Positions 25,301 to 37,430 of a stretch of 64,000 bases of DNA are shown here, piece after piece. The notes beneath the pieces are model-generated. The model saw only the letters and a program-made list of their open reading frames with translations. It had not been told where the DNA came from and did not search any database. Positions within the stretch are counted from its first letter, which is position 1, and each line of letters starts with the position of its first letter. A program made the translations under genes and the position numbers. The DNA comes from Blepharisma stoltei ATCC 30299 (lineage: Eukaryota > Protista > Ciliophora). The stretch is taken from positions 558,001 through 622,000 of the forward strand of contig CBFDEM010000060.1 of the NCBI GenBank assembly GCA_965603825.1, written 5' to 3'.

Positions 25301-25839
25301 AGAGCGTCACTGCATTTTTTACAGCTTGAGCCGTCGACATAGTAGCCTGAGTTACATTCTGTGCAAGTAGCAGTGTCTGAACAAGTATGGCAGTTAGGAA
25401 TTAGTGAGCTGCATGACACACAGTCTAAATAATAGTGATCTGAGCACGTGTCACAGGTATTAGTAGAAGCAACAACGGCACAATAGTCTAAAGAGGACTC
25501 TGTGCAGCCTCCTTTATTGTCTGGCTTGCGAGTATCTGGATTTACACAAGTTTCACAAAGGTTTGACAATGCACAAGTTAGACAGCCCCCACTTCCATTC
25601 ATGCAGAAACCTTGGAGATTCCTTTGATTTTGGCTTTCTGAAGTGTTATTTGATGCTTTTGATTCGTTAAAAGTTGAGTTGCTTTGAATTAATTGATTGA
25701 ATTGCCCAAAGTCATGGAAGGGTGGATTTCAATCAATGTTAGAGTTTTTGAAGCTTTCATGAGTCACTGAATTTGTTTCCTTTGAGACAGAGACTCTTAA
25801 TGTTGAGAAGATGAGGAAAAGTATTCCAGCCACAGACAT
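10384..25839 (-). CDS. Giant Cys-rich repeat / REJ-like / GAIN-GPS / multi-TM polycystin-1-like surface receptor, 5151 aa
   Basis: ATG 25839 (signal peptide MSVAGILFLIFSTLRVSVS). Eight listed ORFs share this frame and are separated only by TGA, with no TAA/TAG in the gaps. Ten TGA in total: 25729, 24988, 23257, 22570, 22477, 21427, 21334, 20284, 19144, 10978. CxxC repeats, REJ-like SKDPD/YEWTC/DEDYPLLYTF, GPS WTCVYY..WDETNC..HFSMY, about 5 TM, TAA at 10386-10384. Confidence 0.88.
18200..22830 (-). repeat. Higher-order coding repeat, about 4 units of 1140-1143 bp built from roughly 44-aa Cys-rich subunits
   Basis: Homologous TGA-ACT-GGA-GAG-AAG sites at 19144, 20284, 21427 and 22570 (spacings 1140, 1143, 1143). 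The translated units are near-identical. Boundaries approximate. Confidence 0.9.
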
Positions 25840-28178
25840 TTTATAAAGACCTTATAATTTGCCACAAATATGGACTAATGACAGTTATACTTTGCAAAAA
25901 TTTAAATGAAAAAATTAAGTTTTTGGAAGAGTTAGAAAGATATTTTAAGGAATTAGCTTTAACTTTTGTGACTACAGATATTGGGCTTAGCTTTGTAAAT
26001 CTCAATAATAGAGGGATTTGTAGATGGGGTAAAAAGATATTTTGCAAATTAATACTTTTTTGGCAGGAAATATCCTAATACTGATATTTTTAATAAAAAT
26101 TGATCTTATTTTAGGCATTCAAAGCTAGTAGTCTTTTATAAATAAAATCCATTAAGACATATTTATTCAATTAAACGAGAAACTATAGACTAATTAAAAT
26201 GGAGGAGGAGCCTCATTAAGTCATGATGCTCTTCTTTATATAGCTAATTTACTATTCAAATGTGCCTTTCCAAGATGACTCTTTAGCCTCTTGCTTAATA
26301 ATGGGTTTTCTTCCAAAAATTCTCTTCAAAATTGATGGAGAAAAATTAAATTATAAAAAATTATAAGCTTAATTTAACGAGGACGCTTTTGTGAGGACAA
26401 GCTACCCAAAGAAAATTGTAAAATATCATTTAAAACCCTTTTGGGTGAGTCTTATTGAATTGAAGAAATTAGCATTCTGTAATTATTTTTCAAGGGCCTA
26501 AACTCGTGTCTAAATTTCTTATAAAAATTTAAGCATTTTAAGTGAAGCCTATCACTGCAAAGTAGACTTTTGATGACTGGCAACTGCTATGTTGGCCAAA
26601 TTATTACACGTTCACAGAGTGGTTAAAATGGTGGGAAATCCAAACAAGAGGTTATTTTTGAATTATCGTCAAGGTTTTTATCATTAGAATGGTCGAATTA
26701 GCTAGACCCAATGATTATTCATCTATTATCTTAGAAGCTTTAATATACCTATACAACTTTTCTTAATTATGCAATAAAATTTAGATTTAATTTAAGCACG
26801 AAAATTGAGGTGCTATATACTTTAAAGGTAGCATTGAAGTCTTTTTCAAGTGATGAGAAGAAGACTTTCTTATTTAAATCAGTTATCCCAAGAAATTTTT
26901 AAAATTTATAAAAAAGTCTTATGGGCAAAATAGCTTAAGAATAACTTTTTATTTGAGTCATAAATTTACTCAAAGTTTTCTAAAAGATTTTGTTTAATCA
27001 AAAAGAATGTAGCAGTTACTTTTATTTATTGATTATTTTGTTAAAGACTAAAGAATTTGTGTGCTTTAGAAAGAAATTTTTATAAGAATTAGGAAACCTT
27101 CTTTGAAGCCAAGCTAATGTTTGCATCTAAAAATTAAATGATTTTTTTGAGATGTGGTTGTTGGGCAATATAAAGATCTTTAATTTATCACAGACTCTAA
27201 ATTAAGTCTTTGAAATTTTCTAAAACTTTAAAGCCAAAAATCCATAAAATTATTTAAGAATTCGATTGCTTTGGAGCATCGTTTCTAATTTGAGTATAAT
27301 CAACATCAAATTCATAAATTTTAATTAATTTTCATAAATGAAAATGCAACAGTTTCATTTGACGAGAAAATTCGAACTAACACGCTACTCAAATATTAAT
27401 TCTTATAGTTTTACATAAGAACTTTTAGAAACATTTACCAATTGAAATGAAAATTGAGTTTTTACCCGAGATGAGTCAATCAATAGATAAATTGATGAAC
27501 TCTTTCATAAAAACGTATAGTGTAAAATGGATCTCTTTGGAGAATTTTTAAAAGAGCCTAAATATCAATTCATTCTCATATAAAAAGTTGTTCAAGAATC
27601 AAATGTTAATTATTTCCAATTGATTTTCTTCATATTATTTCATATAAATTTAAAAAGTTTGTTTATAAATCGGTAAAATAGACGTTCTTTAGTGAAAAAC
27701 ATAATTTTGATGGTCTCATTTTTTGTTTCCAATTTGCAACATTGCAAGTCAAATTTTATAAGTATACGCTTCTTGGACACAATTACTTAATTAGAGTTTA
27801 ACACTTCTTAAAATTTTGCTTAAAAATTTTGATAAATAAAACTGCTAATTAGAAGAATTCTTTCATAAGTCATTTTCTATGAAAACCATTTCAATTCAAA
27901 ACTCCTCTTAAAAGTTTATATTATAGATGCATGCTTTTCTCATAAATAAATTGTTTCAATGTGCATGACCTCTAGATATATTAAGCCTTTAAGAAAGTTA
28001 CTTTATAAAATAATGAAGTTAATCATAAATTGCATTTTCATTAGCTTTAAAGTAATCTTACAAACTATCTTAAATATAATATTAGCTAGTTAATTTTTAA
28101 TAAAGATTAATTTAGCATTTAGAGCTTTATTAAAAAGACCTAAATAATTAGATTAAAATGCAATTTTATAAAGAATGA

Positions 28179-31100
28179 TTACTTTAAGAGTATCTTTCCA
28201 TTTCTTGTTCCTGTTCTCCTCGACTTAATCCGAAGAGCTATGTAACGAATAAGCATATAGAAAATCTGAACAATAAAGATCTCCATAAGAATTCCCCATA
28301 AGAAGCTTTCAGCCCAGTAGCCACTCAAATTGTGACAGAAGTCAACATTAAGTATCACAATTCCAATGACCGACCCAATAAGAACTGCAATGCCTAATAA
28401 TAAAGCAAAAATATTCATTAATATTCTTCCTGTCTCCATGAAAGCTATCATTGCACATTCTAAGTGTACTCCTATAAGGACTGCGAGGACTGTATATCCA
28501 AAATAGTTTCCTTCATAATTGTCAAATATTGATTGAGTTGACATTTCTCTGCCTTTATCAGTGTCTTCAAATCCTGAGAACAAGCAGCCCTCTACTAATA
28601 ACTCGAAAATAATAACGGTGAGCAAAATGAATGCTCTTCTCCATCTTGGCAACTTTTTTCTATAATAAACCAGCCCAAATGTCAAGTGGCCTTCCAAAAG
28701 CATATGGAAATTCCCTTTAGCTCTATAATCAATATATAGTTCTTTTGGATAAAATTCGACTTCTGAGCCTTTTTTAGTATGTCCTGAAGGGTCTAAATTA
28801 TTTACCTCTCTTCCTCCATTTTCTTCAAGTTGAGTTTTTTCAGGGCCACTTTTCACTTCATCGGTCTGCACTATATTCATTTTCACCTTCGTAAATGCCT
28901 CAGACTGCTCTGAAAGGGCTTCGACCTTCAACGGCTCTACGTCTTCTTTTTCCATTTCATCAACCTTCATAGGCCGCTCTCCAGGGTTATTTGCACATTC
29001 AGGTACTGGAGTCACTTTTTTATCTCCTTTTACTGAGACTTTATAGTGGGATTTATCCACAAAGACAGCTATTATCATAAGGAGGAATCCAATGAAAAAT
29101 GAGACTATCATTATGATAGTTGGGGTTAAATTATCCCCGCATTCAGGAGTATAAGTAGGGGGAATGTAAGGGACGAATTCTGTTTCTGAGAGTTTAAATA
29201 AGGAGAAATGGGTAACAGAAACTGTAATTGTGCCAACTCCTTGGCTAGTAATGATACAGCCATTTACGTCCCAAGTTGAAGTTGTAGTGTCATAATACAC
29301 ACAAGAAAGGCCCCTAGTCGCATTTTTATAATAAGGAATAGTTACTGTGACTGGATATCTGTCATCATTGAAGGATTGATATTGCTCATCTGTAGCAGTA
29401 TATTGATAATCTTGATATCTACCGCTAGTTGTATAGCTTACAGAGAACCAAGGTGCATAGCCGTCAGTAATATTATAAGTATTAGCTTTGAAGTTTGTGA
29501 CTTCAGTCTCATCAATTGGGATTTTATTAGGGAAAGCTACATCAATAAACCCAAAGGTCTGAGAAGTTTTACTGATTGAGTCAGGGAAATTTCTGACTTT
29601 TCCAAATTGGATAAAGGAAGTTGAATCTGAAGCTGGAAGTGAGCTCTGGCCTGGAAGGTCATCAACTGTAATATAAGTCATAAAAGTAGTTAAGAAATTA
29701 TCTGCTGCCAGCAAATAAGTCTCAAATGGCATTTTTGAGTCAGCATTTTTGCTGCCGAAATCTAAGTATCCGTTAGAAAGCGATACGATGATTTGCAAAA
29801 TGCTGCTTGAGTCAGTATTAATAGCAATTGAGTTGGCTGCAACTAAGTTATTGAGCCAAGTCATGAAATTTTCATAAAGAGTGACTGTCATTGAATCAGT
29901 TTGGCTTGATAAAGCCAAAACTGCAGCCGCGAAGCTCTTAAATAGTGAGACTGATACTGAATCTTGGCTTGCTGCATATGATTGTAAGTCACTCCACATC
30001 TGTGAGAAAAGAGTATTATCTATTGTTGCAGAGGTAGCAATCAATGAGATTTCGCTTGGAATATTGTCAGGGTCAAGAGTTGCAGAGGCATACATAGCAG
30101 CGTAGTCTGTGTCTTCTAGTTTTCTCTTTAGAGAATCGACTGTGATTTTGCTTTGATAAGTTGAGCAGCTTAAAAGCTGATCACATGCCTTGATTTTAAT
30201 TGTATTACTGTTAGGGAATAAGCCAGTTGATAAGCTGCTGTCTTGAGTGGCTCCAAGGACATATTCCACACTATTCCAGACATCATCATAAGAATAAGTT
30301 AAAGGATAATCTTGTCCATCTTGGTCATAACACCCAGCAATTGAAATTACAAACGTTGTTTGCAAAGCAGTTCCGCTTGTTGGCTGTATGTCTACAGATC
30401 CATCGCAGGTAGCCCCGCTATTTACATTTACTATAATTGATGATGATAAAGAGTTTCCGGAAATCTCAGTGATGGTAAAGCTGAATTTATAAGAACTACC
30501 TTGGGTAAATGTATTTGGTGGGATAGAAATTGTTGGCAAGTTATCAGGAGAAATCTTTATTGCGGAACTATCACAAATCCATTTAATTTTAGAGCCAGAT
30601 GATATAGTAGTTGTAGGAGATAAGGTATAAGAAGATCCTGCTGAGATTTTGGCTGAAGAATAAGGAACTTCTATTGAAGAAGAGGAGGCAACTGTTGCAG
30701 CTGAGACTTGCACAGTGACTGTGGCCGATGCATTTCTACTTCCTGAACTTATTAATAGGGTTATATCGTAGCTTGCTCCTGGTATCATTTTTCCTGAAGG
30801 AATTGAGAGGCTTGAGGTGGTAGCAGAAGAGACAAGGTCTTTATCATCAGTTCCAAGACAAGAAGATGCATTTACTACATATAAACAGCTCCATTGGTAA
30901 CTTAAAAGAGTAGAAGAGCTATCTGGGTCTAAAGAACCATCTCCATTAATAGAGAAGGCATTTTTGGATGCAACGGTGCAACTGGATTTGGAAAGTTTTA
31001 TTTTGAGAGGAGAAGAAGTCACTGTGATGGTAAGCAAAGAATATCCAGATACAGATGGCTCTGTCGAACTTTGGCTAGTTGCAGTTGCATTGAATTGGTA

Positions 31101-34100
31101 TGAGTATCCACTTGGAAGCATATTTTTGTTGATAACAAGCTTGTTCTGCTGCTTGGATGCAGAAAGGATTGCTGAGGAATCAATTGTAGGAGCCCCTGCT
31201 AAGGCAACATAGCTCCATTTATAAGTCACTGAAGAGACATCTCCACAGAATGTAGCAACTGAAGCCTTGTAAGTTCTTGAGTCTGAAGCTTTAATTGTAT
31301 CAGTTGATCCTAAATCAAATACAACTTGAAGTGAAGGAGCTGCCTTAATTGCTGTAGTCATTGATGCAGAGTTTGTGCCGCCAAAGGCGTTTGTTACTTT
31401 AAGAGTAATCACTAGTGTAGAGTCAACGTTGCTTGTAAATAGAAGTTTTGTGATTGCTAAAGATGCTGTAGTTTGCTTAGCAATATAATTAGTCAGATCT
31501 GAGTTCTGTGGAGTACTGGTGGCTGACCAAGTGTATGCCGTAGGGTTATTCAAGTTTCCTGTTGACTTTGAACCTGAGTACTGAAGAGCTGTGTTTCCAC
31601 AATCTAAAGAATAGCTTGCTGGTCCGGAAATGACAGCATTAGGAGTAGGATCGGCTGTTTGCCTTACAGTAATATATAGCGGAGTATAATTTAAGCTGCA
31701 AGTTCCTTCCGTTTTAACAATATTTGTTCCCAACAAATATAGTTTTTCAACTCTAATAGTAAAGCCTTTTCCTAGTTGAATTCTCAGCTTATGGGATCCA
31801 TCCCATGAGCAACTGGCTCCAGTTCCTAGTTTGCTAATGCTTTGCCAATCAATGGTATTTGAGCATGCTGCACTAACTGTAGTATCAACACCTACACTGA
31901 AAGTAACTGTAATGGTAGAGAAATATTCATCGAAATAGGCGTCAGTCACATCTGATAATACGAAATAATTCTTGCAAGCTATACATTTATTGCTGACTAA
32001 GGTATATCCACCATTACAAACACACGACTGTGAATTTGAGTCATAGCTTGAATCTGCAGTGCAAGAACACTTGCTCTTTACTAATTCTGCATTAGTTACA
32101 CAAGCTGTGCAAGAGTCTCCATCATCTTCGCTGCATGTAGTACATACTTGGTTGCAGGTAGCTACACATTTAGTATCTTTTTGGTAAAATCCACTAACAC
32201 AGCTGCAAGTGCCATCTGAATTTGCTGAAGCATGCTTTATGCAAGTATTGCAAGTATCTACTGATTTAGTGCAGATGGAACAATTGATCTTACAAGCCTG
32301 ACATGTATTTCCAGATTTTCCATATCCATTACTACAGCTGCATAAGTTAGTATTATCAACTGCTGCATTATCCACACAAGAGCTGCAGGACCAATTAGAC
32401 GAGCATTTCTTACAAAGTCCTGGGCAGGCTGTGCATACTGCATTTAAAGAGTAATAATAGTCATTGCATGTACAAACACTTGTATCTAAATCAAAGCTTG
32501 CATTTTCGTCATTACAAGTACAAACTCCATCAGTGAGAGTCATATGGCTTGCGTCTAAACATTCTGTGCAATTGGTAGCTTCTTCTGAACATTCTTTGCA
32601 AGGAGCATCACAGGCTTCGCATGAATTTGTATCATTATAATAGAAGCTAGAATCGCATTGGTCACATGTAGATCCATCAACACACTCAGCGCAATTATCC
32701 ATACACTTAGTGCAGTTTCCTGGATCATCATAATATCCTCTGACACAGACACAGTCATTAATGGTTGTATTAAACTCTGTATGATCATCTAAACAATTAT
32801 CACAAGAGCCATCAGTATCCAATGTATTGTAGACTCCACTGCATTTTGTACAATGAGTTTCAGAGTTGCACCATAAACAAGGTTCAACACAAGGGGAAGT
32901 AGCTGTATTAGAGCTGAAATAGTAAGTATCATCAGCAGCACATACTTCTGTATCATTATCAAGTGAAGAATGAGTTGGGCAGTCACAGTCAGGAATTCCA
33001 AGCATATGAGTTGTATCTATACATAAAGTGCAGATTGAGGCTGAGGCAGTATCACAAGTTGCACACTGTATATCGCATTCAGCACAGGTGGTATTAGAAT
33101 CAAAGTAATAGCCGTCGTCAGGGATACATTCATCGGTATTAATATCAAGGGTAGAGTTGCCTGGACAGTCACAGTTAGGGATGGCTGACATGTGTGTTGT
33201 ATCCACACATGAAGTGCAGGCAGAGGCTGACATTGTATCACATGTTTCACATTGTGAGTCGCATTCTGCGCAAGTTGTATCTGAGCTGAAGTAATATCCA
33301 TCGTCTGGAATGCAATTATCAGTATTATTATCAAGTGTAGAATGCTGAGGGCAGTCACAGTTTGGCACTCCAAGCATATGTGTTGTATCTAAGCAAGAGG
33401 TGCAGATGGAGCCTGAAGTGGTATCGCATGTAACGCATTGTAGGTCGCATTCAGCACATGTGGTATCTGTATTGAAGTAATATCCATCATCTGGAACGCA
33501 ATCTGATTCATTGAAAGTTGAGTTGCCAGGACATTCACAATCAGGCTCTCCAAGCATATGAGTTGTATCTGCACAAACTGTGCAGGAAGTTCCATTGGTA
33601 GTATCACATGTCTCACATTTAGAGTCGCAATCAGCACATGTTGTATTTGAATCGAAGTAGTATCCGTCATCTGGAACGCAATCTGATTCATTAAAAGTTG
33701 AGTTGCCAGGACATTCGCAATCAGGCTCTCCAAGCATATGAGTTGTATCTGTACAAGCTGTGCAGGAAGTTCCATTGGTAGTATCACATGTCTCACATTT
33801 AGAGTCGCATTCGGCAGTAACAGTATTTGTATCGAAGTAGTATCCGTCATCTGGAACGCAATCTGATTCATTGAAAGTTGAATTACTCGGGCAAGCGCAG
33901 TCAGGCTCTCCTAGCATGTGCGTTGTATCTGTACAAGCTGTGCAGTAAGTTCCATTGTTAGTATCACATGTCTCACATTTAGAGTCGCATTCGGCAGTAG
34001 CAGTATTTGTATCGAAGTAGTATCCGTCATCTGGAACGCAATCTGATTCATTGAAAGTTGAGTTCCCAGGACAGTCACAATCAGGCTCTCCAAGCATATG

Positions 34101-35870
34101 AGTTGTATCTGCACAAGCTGTGCAGTAAGTTCCATTGGTAGTATCACATGTCTCACATTTAGAGTCGCATTCGGCAGTAGCAGTATTTGTATCGAAGTAG
34201 TATCCGTCATCTGGAACGCAATCTGATTCATTGAAAGTTGAATTGCCAGGACATTCACAATTAGGTTCTCCAAGCATATGAGTTGTATCCGCACAAGCTG
34301 TGCAGTAAGTTCCATTGGTAGTATCACATGTCTCACATTTAGAGTCGCAATCAGCACATGTGGTATCTGTATTGAAGTAATATCCGTCATCTGGAACGCA
34401 ATCTGATTCATTGAAAGTTGAGTTCCCAGGACAGTCACAATCAGGCTCTCCAAGCATATGAGTTGTATCTGTACAAGCTGTGCAGTAAGTTCCATTGGTA
34501 GTATCACATGTCTCGCATTTAGAGTCGCATTCGGCAGTAGCAGTATTTGTATCGAAGTAGTATCCGTCATCTGGAACGCAATCTGATTCATTAAAAGTTG
34601 AGTTCCCAGGACATTCGCAATCAGGCTCTCCAAGCATGTGCGTTGTATCTGCACAAGCTGTGCAGTAAGTTCCATTGGTAGTATCACATGTCTCACATTT
34701 AGAGTCGCAATCAGCACATGTAGTATTTGTATCGAAGTAGTATCCGTCATCTGGAACGCAATCTGATTCATTAAAAGTTGAGTTCCCAGGACATTCGCAA
34801 TCAGGCTCTCCAAGCATGTGCGTTGTATCTGTACAAGCTGTGCAGTAAGTTCCATTGGTAGTATCACATGTCTCACATTTAGAGTCGCAATCAGCACATG
34901 TGGTATCTGTATTGAAGTAATATCCGTCATCTGGAACGCAATCTGATTCATTGAAAGTTGAGTTACCAGGACAGTCACAATCAGGCTCTCCAAGCATATG
35001 AGTTGTATCTGTACAAGCTGTGCAGTAAGTTCCATTGTTAGTATCACATGTCTCGCATTTAGAGCCGCATTCGGCAGTAGCAGTATTTGTATCGAAGTAG
35101 TATCCGTCATCTGGAACGCAATCTGATTCATTAAAAGTTGAGTTCCCAGGACATTCGCAATCAGGCTCCCCAAGCATGTGCGCTATATCTGTACAAGCTG
35201 TGCAGTAAGTTCCATTGGTAGTATCACATGTCTCACATTTAGAATCGCATTCGGCAGTAACAGTATTTGTATCGAAGTAGTATCCGTCATCTGGAACGCA
35301 ATCTGATTCATTGAAAGTTGAGTTACCAGGACATTCGCAGTCTGGAGCCACTGACATATGTATTTCGTCTATGCATACAGTACAATCAGATGAATTGGTA
35401 TCGCAAGTACTGCATTTATTATCACAACAGCTTGCACCGCTACGGTGAATTGTAAATTCATTTTCACACGTAACACAAGTTTCATTATCGATGCTATTAA
35501 CTACTGCACAATGGTCAAAAGTCGAATTTGTGCATCCACCTGCATCATCAGGTATTGCATCTGAATAAAGGCAAGTATCACATGTTGTACCATCTGCACA
35601 AGTTACACACTCATTTGCACCGTTAGTGCAAGTAGCTGTTAAATATCTTTCGTTTTCCCACCATGATCCCTCTTCAGGTGTATTTTGGTCATTTTCTGGA
35701 AGGGTATGACTATTTTTCATAAGTTGATTGACTGCCTCAAAATCGTCGATAAGCAGTTTCGAGTTAATTTCAGAGCTTCTAAGGCTATTTTTAGTAATTG
35801 GATTGAGTTCTTTCGCTGTAGTTGCTTCAAGGATCAAGAGCAAAAGATAAGCTATTCTAGCCGCAGGCAT
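28179..35870 (-). CDS. Cys-rich repeat / REJ-like / GAIN-GPS / multi-TM polycystin-1-like receptor, 2563 aa (paralog A)
   Basis: Signal peptide, 60-aa Cys-rich repeats, REJ-like (SLDPD, YQWSC, DGQDYPLTYSY), GPS LSCVYY..WDVNGC..THFSLF, TM1 plus 4 C-terminal TMs, TAA stop. Confidence 0.9.
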   Translation of the reverse strand: MPAARIAYLLLLILEATTAKELNPITKNSLRSSEINSKLLIDDFEAVNQLMKNSHTLPENDQNTPEEGSWWENERYLTATCTNGANECVTCADGTTCDTCLYSDAIPDDAGGCTNSTFDHCAVVNSIDNETCVTCENEFTIHRSGASCCDNKCSTCDTNSSDCTVCIDEIHMSVAPDCECPGNSTFNESDCVPDDGYYFDTNTVTAECDSKCETCDTTNGTYCTACTDIAHMLGEPDCECPGNSTFNESDCVPDDGYYFDTNTATAECGSKCETCDTNNGTYCTACTDTTHMLGEPDCDCPGNSTFNESDCVPDDGYYFNTDTTCADCDSKCETCDTTNGTYCTACTDTTHMLGEPDCECPGNSTFNESDCVPDDGYYFDTNTTCADCDSKCETCDTTNGTYCTACADTTHMLGEPDCECPGNSTFNESDCVPDDGYYFDTNTATAECDSKCETCDTTNGTYCTACTDTTHMLGEPDCDCPGNSTFNESDCVPDDGYYFNTDTTCADCDSKCETCDTTNGTYCTACADTTHMLGEPNCECPGNSTFNESDCVPDDGYYFDTNTATAECDSKCETCDTTNGTYCTACADTTHMLGEPDCDCPGNSTFNESDCVPDDGYYFDTNTATAECDSKCETCDTNNGTYCTACTDTTHMLGEPDCACPSNSTFNESDCVPDDGYYFDTNTVTAECDSKCETCDTTNGTSCTACTDTTHMLGEPDCECPGNSTFNESDCVPDDGYYFDSNTTCADCDSKCETCDTTNGTSCTVCADTTHMLGEPDCECPGNSTFNESDCVPDDGYYFNTDTTCAECDLQCVTCDTTSGSICTSCLDTTHMLGVPNCDCPQHSTLDNNTDNCIPDDGYYFSSDTTCAECDSQCETCDTMSASACTSCVDTTHMSAIPNCDCPGNSTLDINTDECIPDDGYYFDSNTTCAECDIQCATCDTASASICTLCIDTTHMLGIPDCDCPTHSSLDNDTEVCAADDTYYFSSNTATSPCVEPCLWCNSETHCTKCSGVYNTLDTDGSCDNCLDDHTEFNTTINDCVCVRGYYDDPGNCTKCMDNCAECVDGSTCDQCDSSFYYNDTNSCEACDAPCKECSEEATNCTECLDASHMTLTDGVCTCNDENASFDLDTSVCTCNDYYYSLNAVCTACPGLCKKCSSNWSCSSCVDNAAVDNTNLCSCSNGYGKSGNTCQACKINCSICTKSVDTCNTCIKHASANSDGTCSCVSGFYQKDTKCVATCNQVCTTCSEDDGDSCTACVTNAELVKSKCSCTADSSYDSNSQSCVCNGGYTLVSNKCIACKNYFVLSDVTDAYFDEYFSTITVTFSVGVDTTVSAACSNTIDWQSISKLGTGASCSWDGSHKLRIQLGKGFTIRVEKLYLLGTNIVKTEGTCSLNYTPLYITVRQTADPTPNAVISGPASYSLDCGNTALQYSGSKSTGNLNNPTAYTWSATSTPQNSDLTNYIAKQTTASLAITKLLFTSNVDSTLVITLKVTNAFGGTNSASMTTAIKAAPSLQVVFDLGSTDTIKASDSRTYKASVATFCGDVSSVTYKWSYVALAGAPTIDSSAILSASKQQNKLVINKNMLPSGYSYQFNATATSQSSTEPSVSGYSLLTITVTSSPLKIKLSKSSCTVASKNAFSINGDGSLDPDSSSTLLSYQWSCLYVVNASSCLGTDDKDLVSSATTSSLSIPSGKMIPGASYDITLLISSGSRNASATVTVQVSAATVASSSSIEVPYSSAKISAGSSYTLSPTTTISSGSKIKWICDSSAIKISPDNLPTISIPPNTFTQGSSYKFSFTITEISGNSLSSSIIVNVNSGATCDGSVDIQPTSGTALQTTFVISIAGCYDQDGQDYPLTYSYDDVWNSVEYVLGATQDSSLSTGLFPNSNTIKIKACDQLLSCSTYQSKITVDSLKRKLEDTDYAAMYASATLDPDNIPSEISLIATSATIDNTLFSQMWSDLQSYAASQDSVSVSLFKSFAAAVLALSSQTDSMTVTLYENFMTWLNNLVAANSIAINTDSSSILQIIVSLSNGYLDFGSKNADSKMPFETYLLAADNFLTTFMTYITVDDLPGQSSLPASDSTSFIQFGKVRNFPDSISKTSQTFGFIDVAFPNKIPIDETEVTNFKANTYNITDGYAPWFSVSYTTSGRYQDYQYTATDEQYQSFNDDRYPVTVTIPYYKNATRGLSCVYYDTTTSTWDVNGCIITSQGVGTITVSVTHFSLFKLSETEFVPYIPPTYTPECGDNLTPTIIMIVSFFIGFLLMIIAVFVDKSHYKVSVKGDKKVTPVPECANNPGERPMKVDEMEKEDVEPLKVEALSEQSEAFTKVKMNIVQTDEVKSGPEKTQLEENGGREVNNLDPSGHTKKGSEVEFYPKELYIDYRAKGNFHMLLEGHLTFGLVYYRKKLPRWRRAFILLTVIIFELLVEGCLFSGFEDTDKGREMSTQSIFDNYEGNYFGYTVLAVLIGVHLECAMIAFMETGRILMNIFALLLGIAVLIGSVIGIVILNVDFCHNLSGYWAESFLWGILMEIFIVQIFYMLIRYIALRIKSRRTGTRNGKILLK
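33421..35400 (-). repeat. 180-bp (60-aa) coding tandem array, 11 copies, followed by two more diverged units toward 33000
   Basis: tatcc(g/a)tcatctggaacgcaatctgattca recurs every 180 bp from 33481 to 35281. Confidence 0.95.
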
Positions 35871-36340
35871 ATTTTATTAGGTTAATAAAATGGATCAAAT
35901 TAAATCAACATATAAGAATGATTACTTATGAAAGAAATATATAGAATTTTAATAATCTAGATGATATTTCTCAGTTTTACCAATATTTCGAATAAAGAAA
36001 CTAGCTGAGCTTATCTTAAAAATTCTTTAGTTTTTGGAAATCATTATTTATAGCAGCCTAATTAAATAATGATATTTAATGCTGCCACAAGAGCCTAAAA
36101 AATGATTTAAGGGAACTGAAATGTGAGTCTGTATTCAAATTAACTAACATTTTTATTTTATTGCAAGCTCCATAATATTTATTCAGCGGCAAAATGGTGT
36201 AATCTTCCTAAAATGGTTTATGAATAAAATTTTTAAAGAGATGAAGAATTAATTTTTTGATGTTCTAGTATCAAATTACCTTAAGTCATTCTAAAATGAT
36301 AATTTTTATCTCTTGAACAATAAAAAATTTTATGAAGTTT

Positions 36341-37430
36341 CAGAAAATTTTGCCTTTACATTGACTCTGATTGCTTAATCACATAAGGAGAAATACTGCT
36401 TCTGGTAATGCTCACTAGGACTTATTTTTCCAAAATAAAGGGGATAAATATAGCTCCTCCTCATTCACCTAATAAAATATAAAAAATGGCTTATACGCAC
36501 CTAATTATGGAAAATGGCTTAATATCTTTATAAAATATGAATTAACAGCATCTTTATAATAGGTCTAAAATTGATAAATAGCTCTATCAGCACATTTTAA
36601 AGCCTTTTAAAAAATTAGAAGCTTATTATCTTAAGTTAAATAAATTATGAACTCTATTTTTGGATTTTAAGGGTTGTATTTTCCTTGAAAATATGAAGTA
36701 CAGCTCATAACTTTAAGCCATTCCGATTACAAAATTTTTTTTCTTCATGCTAACCATCTCTCTGGGTGGATGCAAGCCGCTTGGGTAATGATTTAGGTTC
36801 CACTGGAGCTGGGAGGCTTCCACGGAGTTTTTATGCCTCAGGCTTTTTCTCCTGGCCGTGTTGTAGTAATGGAATATCGGCACATTTTCATCGAAGCCAC
36901 TGGGAGCATCAAAACCCTGCTCTTGGAGGAGAGCAGGCAGTGAAACCCTGAAAAGAGAAGTAAAAATTAATCACGAGAACTGAAAACTTTGCAATTTTTA
37001 CTAAAATTTATTTAATTCTTATATAAATCTAAGAATTCAGAAAATTTGCCTTTACATTGATTCTGATTACTTGATTAGGAGGAATATTCTTCTTGAAATG
37101 CTTACTAGGCTTGAAATAAAGGGGGAAAATATAACCACTCATTCACTTAATAAGATAGGCAAAATGGCTTAACATTGTTACAAAATATTGATTAACAGCA
37201 TTTTATAAAAGGTCTAAAATATCACCTTATAATAGGTCTAAATTAAGAAATAGCTTTTTCAACACATTTTGAAGCCTTGCATAAAATTAGAAGTTTATGG
37301 CCTTAAGTTAAATAAATTATGAAATGGAAATTTTGGATTTTAAGGATTGCATATTCCTTGTAAAATGATGAAGCACACAGCTCATGACTTTAAGCCATTC
37401 CGGTTATGAAATGTTTTTTCTCATCCTAAG
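36341..37430 (+). repeat. Diverged direct duplication of about 400 bp (36341-36750 and 37038-37430) flanking a GC-rich insert
   Basis: cagaaaattt(t)gcctttacattga ... ctttaagccattccg occurs twice with colinear internal matches. Confidence 0.8.

Noticed and set aside
19144-25602. Several separate ~340-aa Cys-rich genes or a nonsense-disrupted pseudogene
   Set aside because: All are in one frame and broken only by TGA at Trp-compatible sites; they form one gene.
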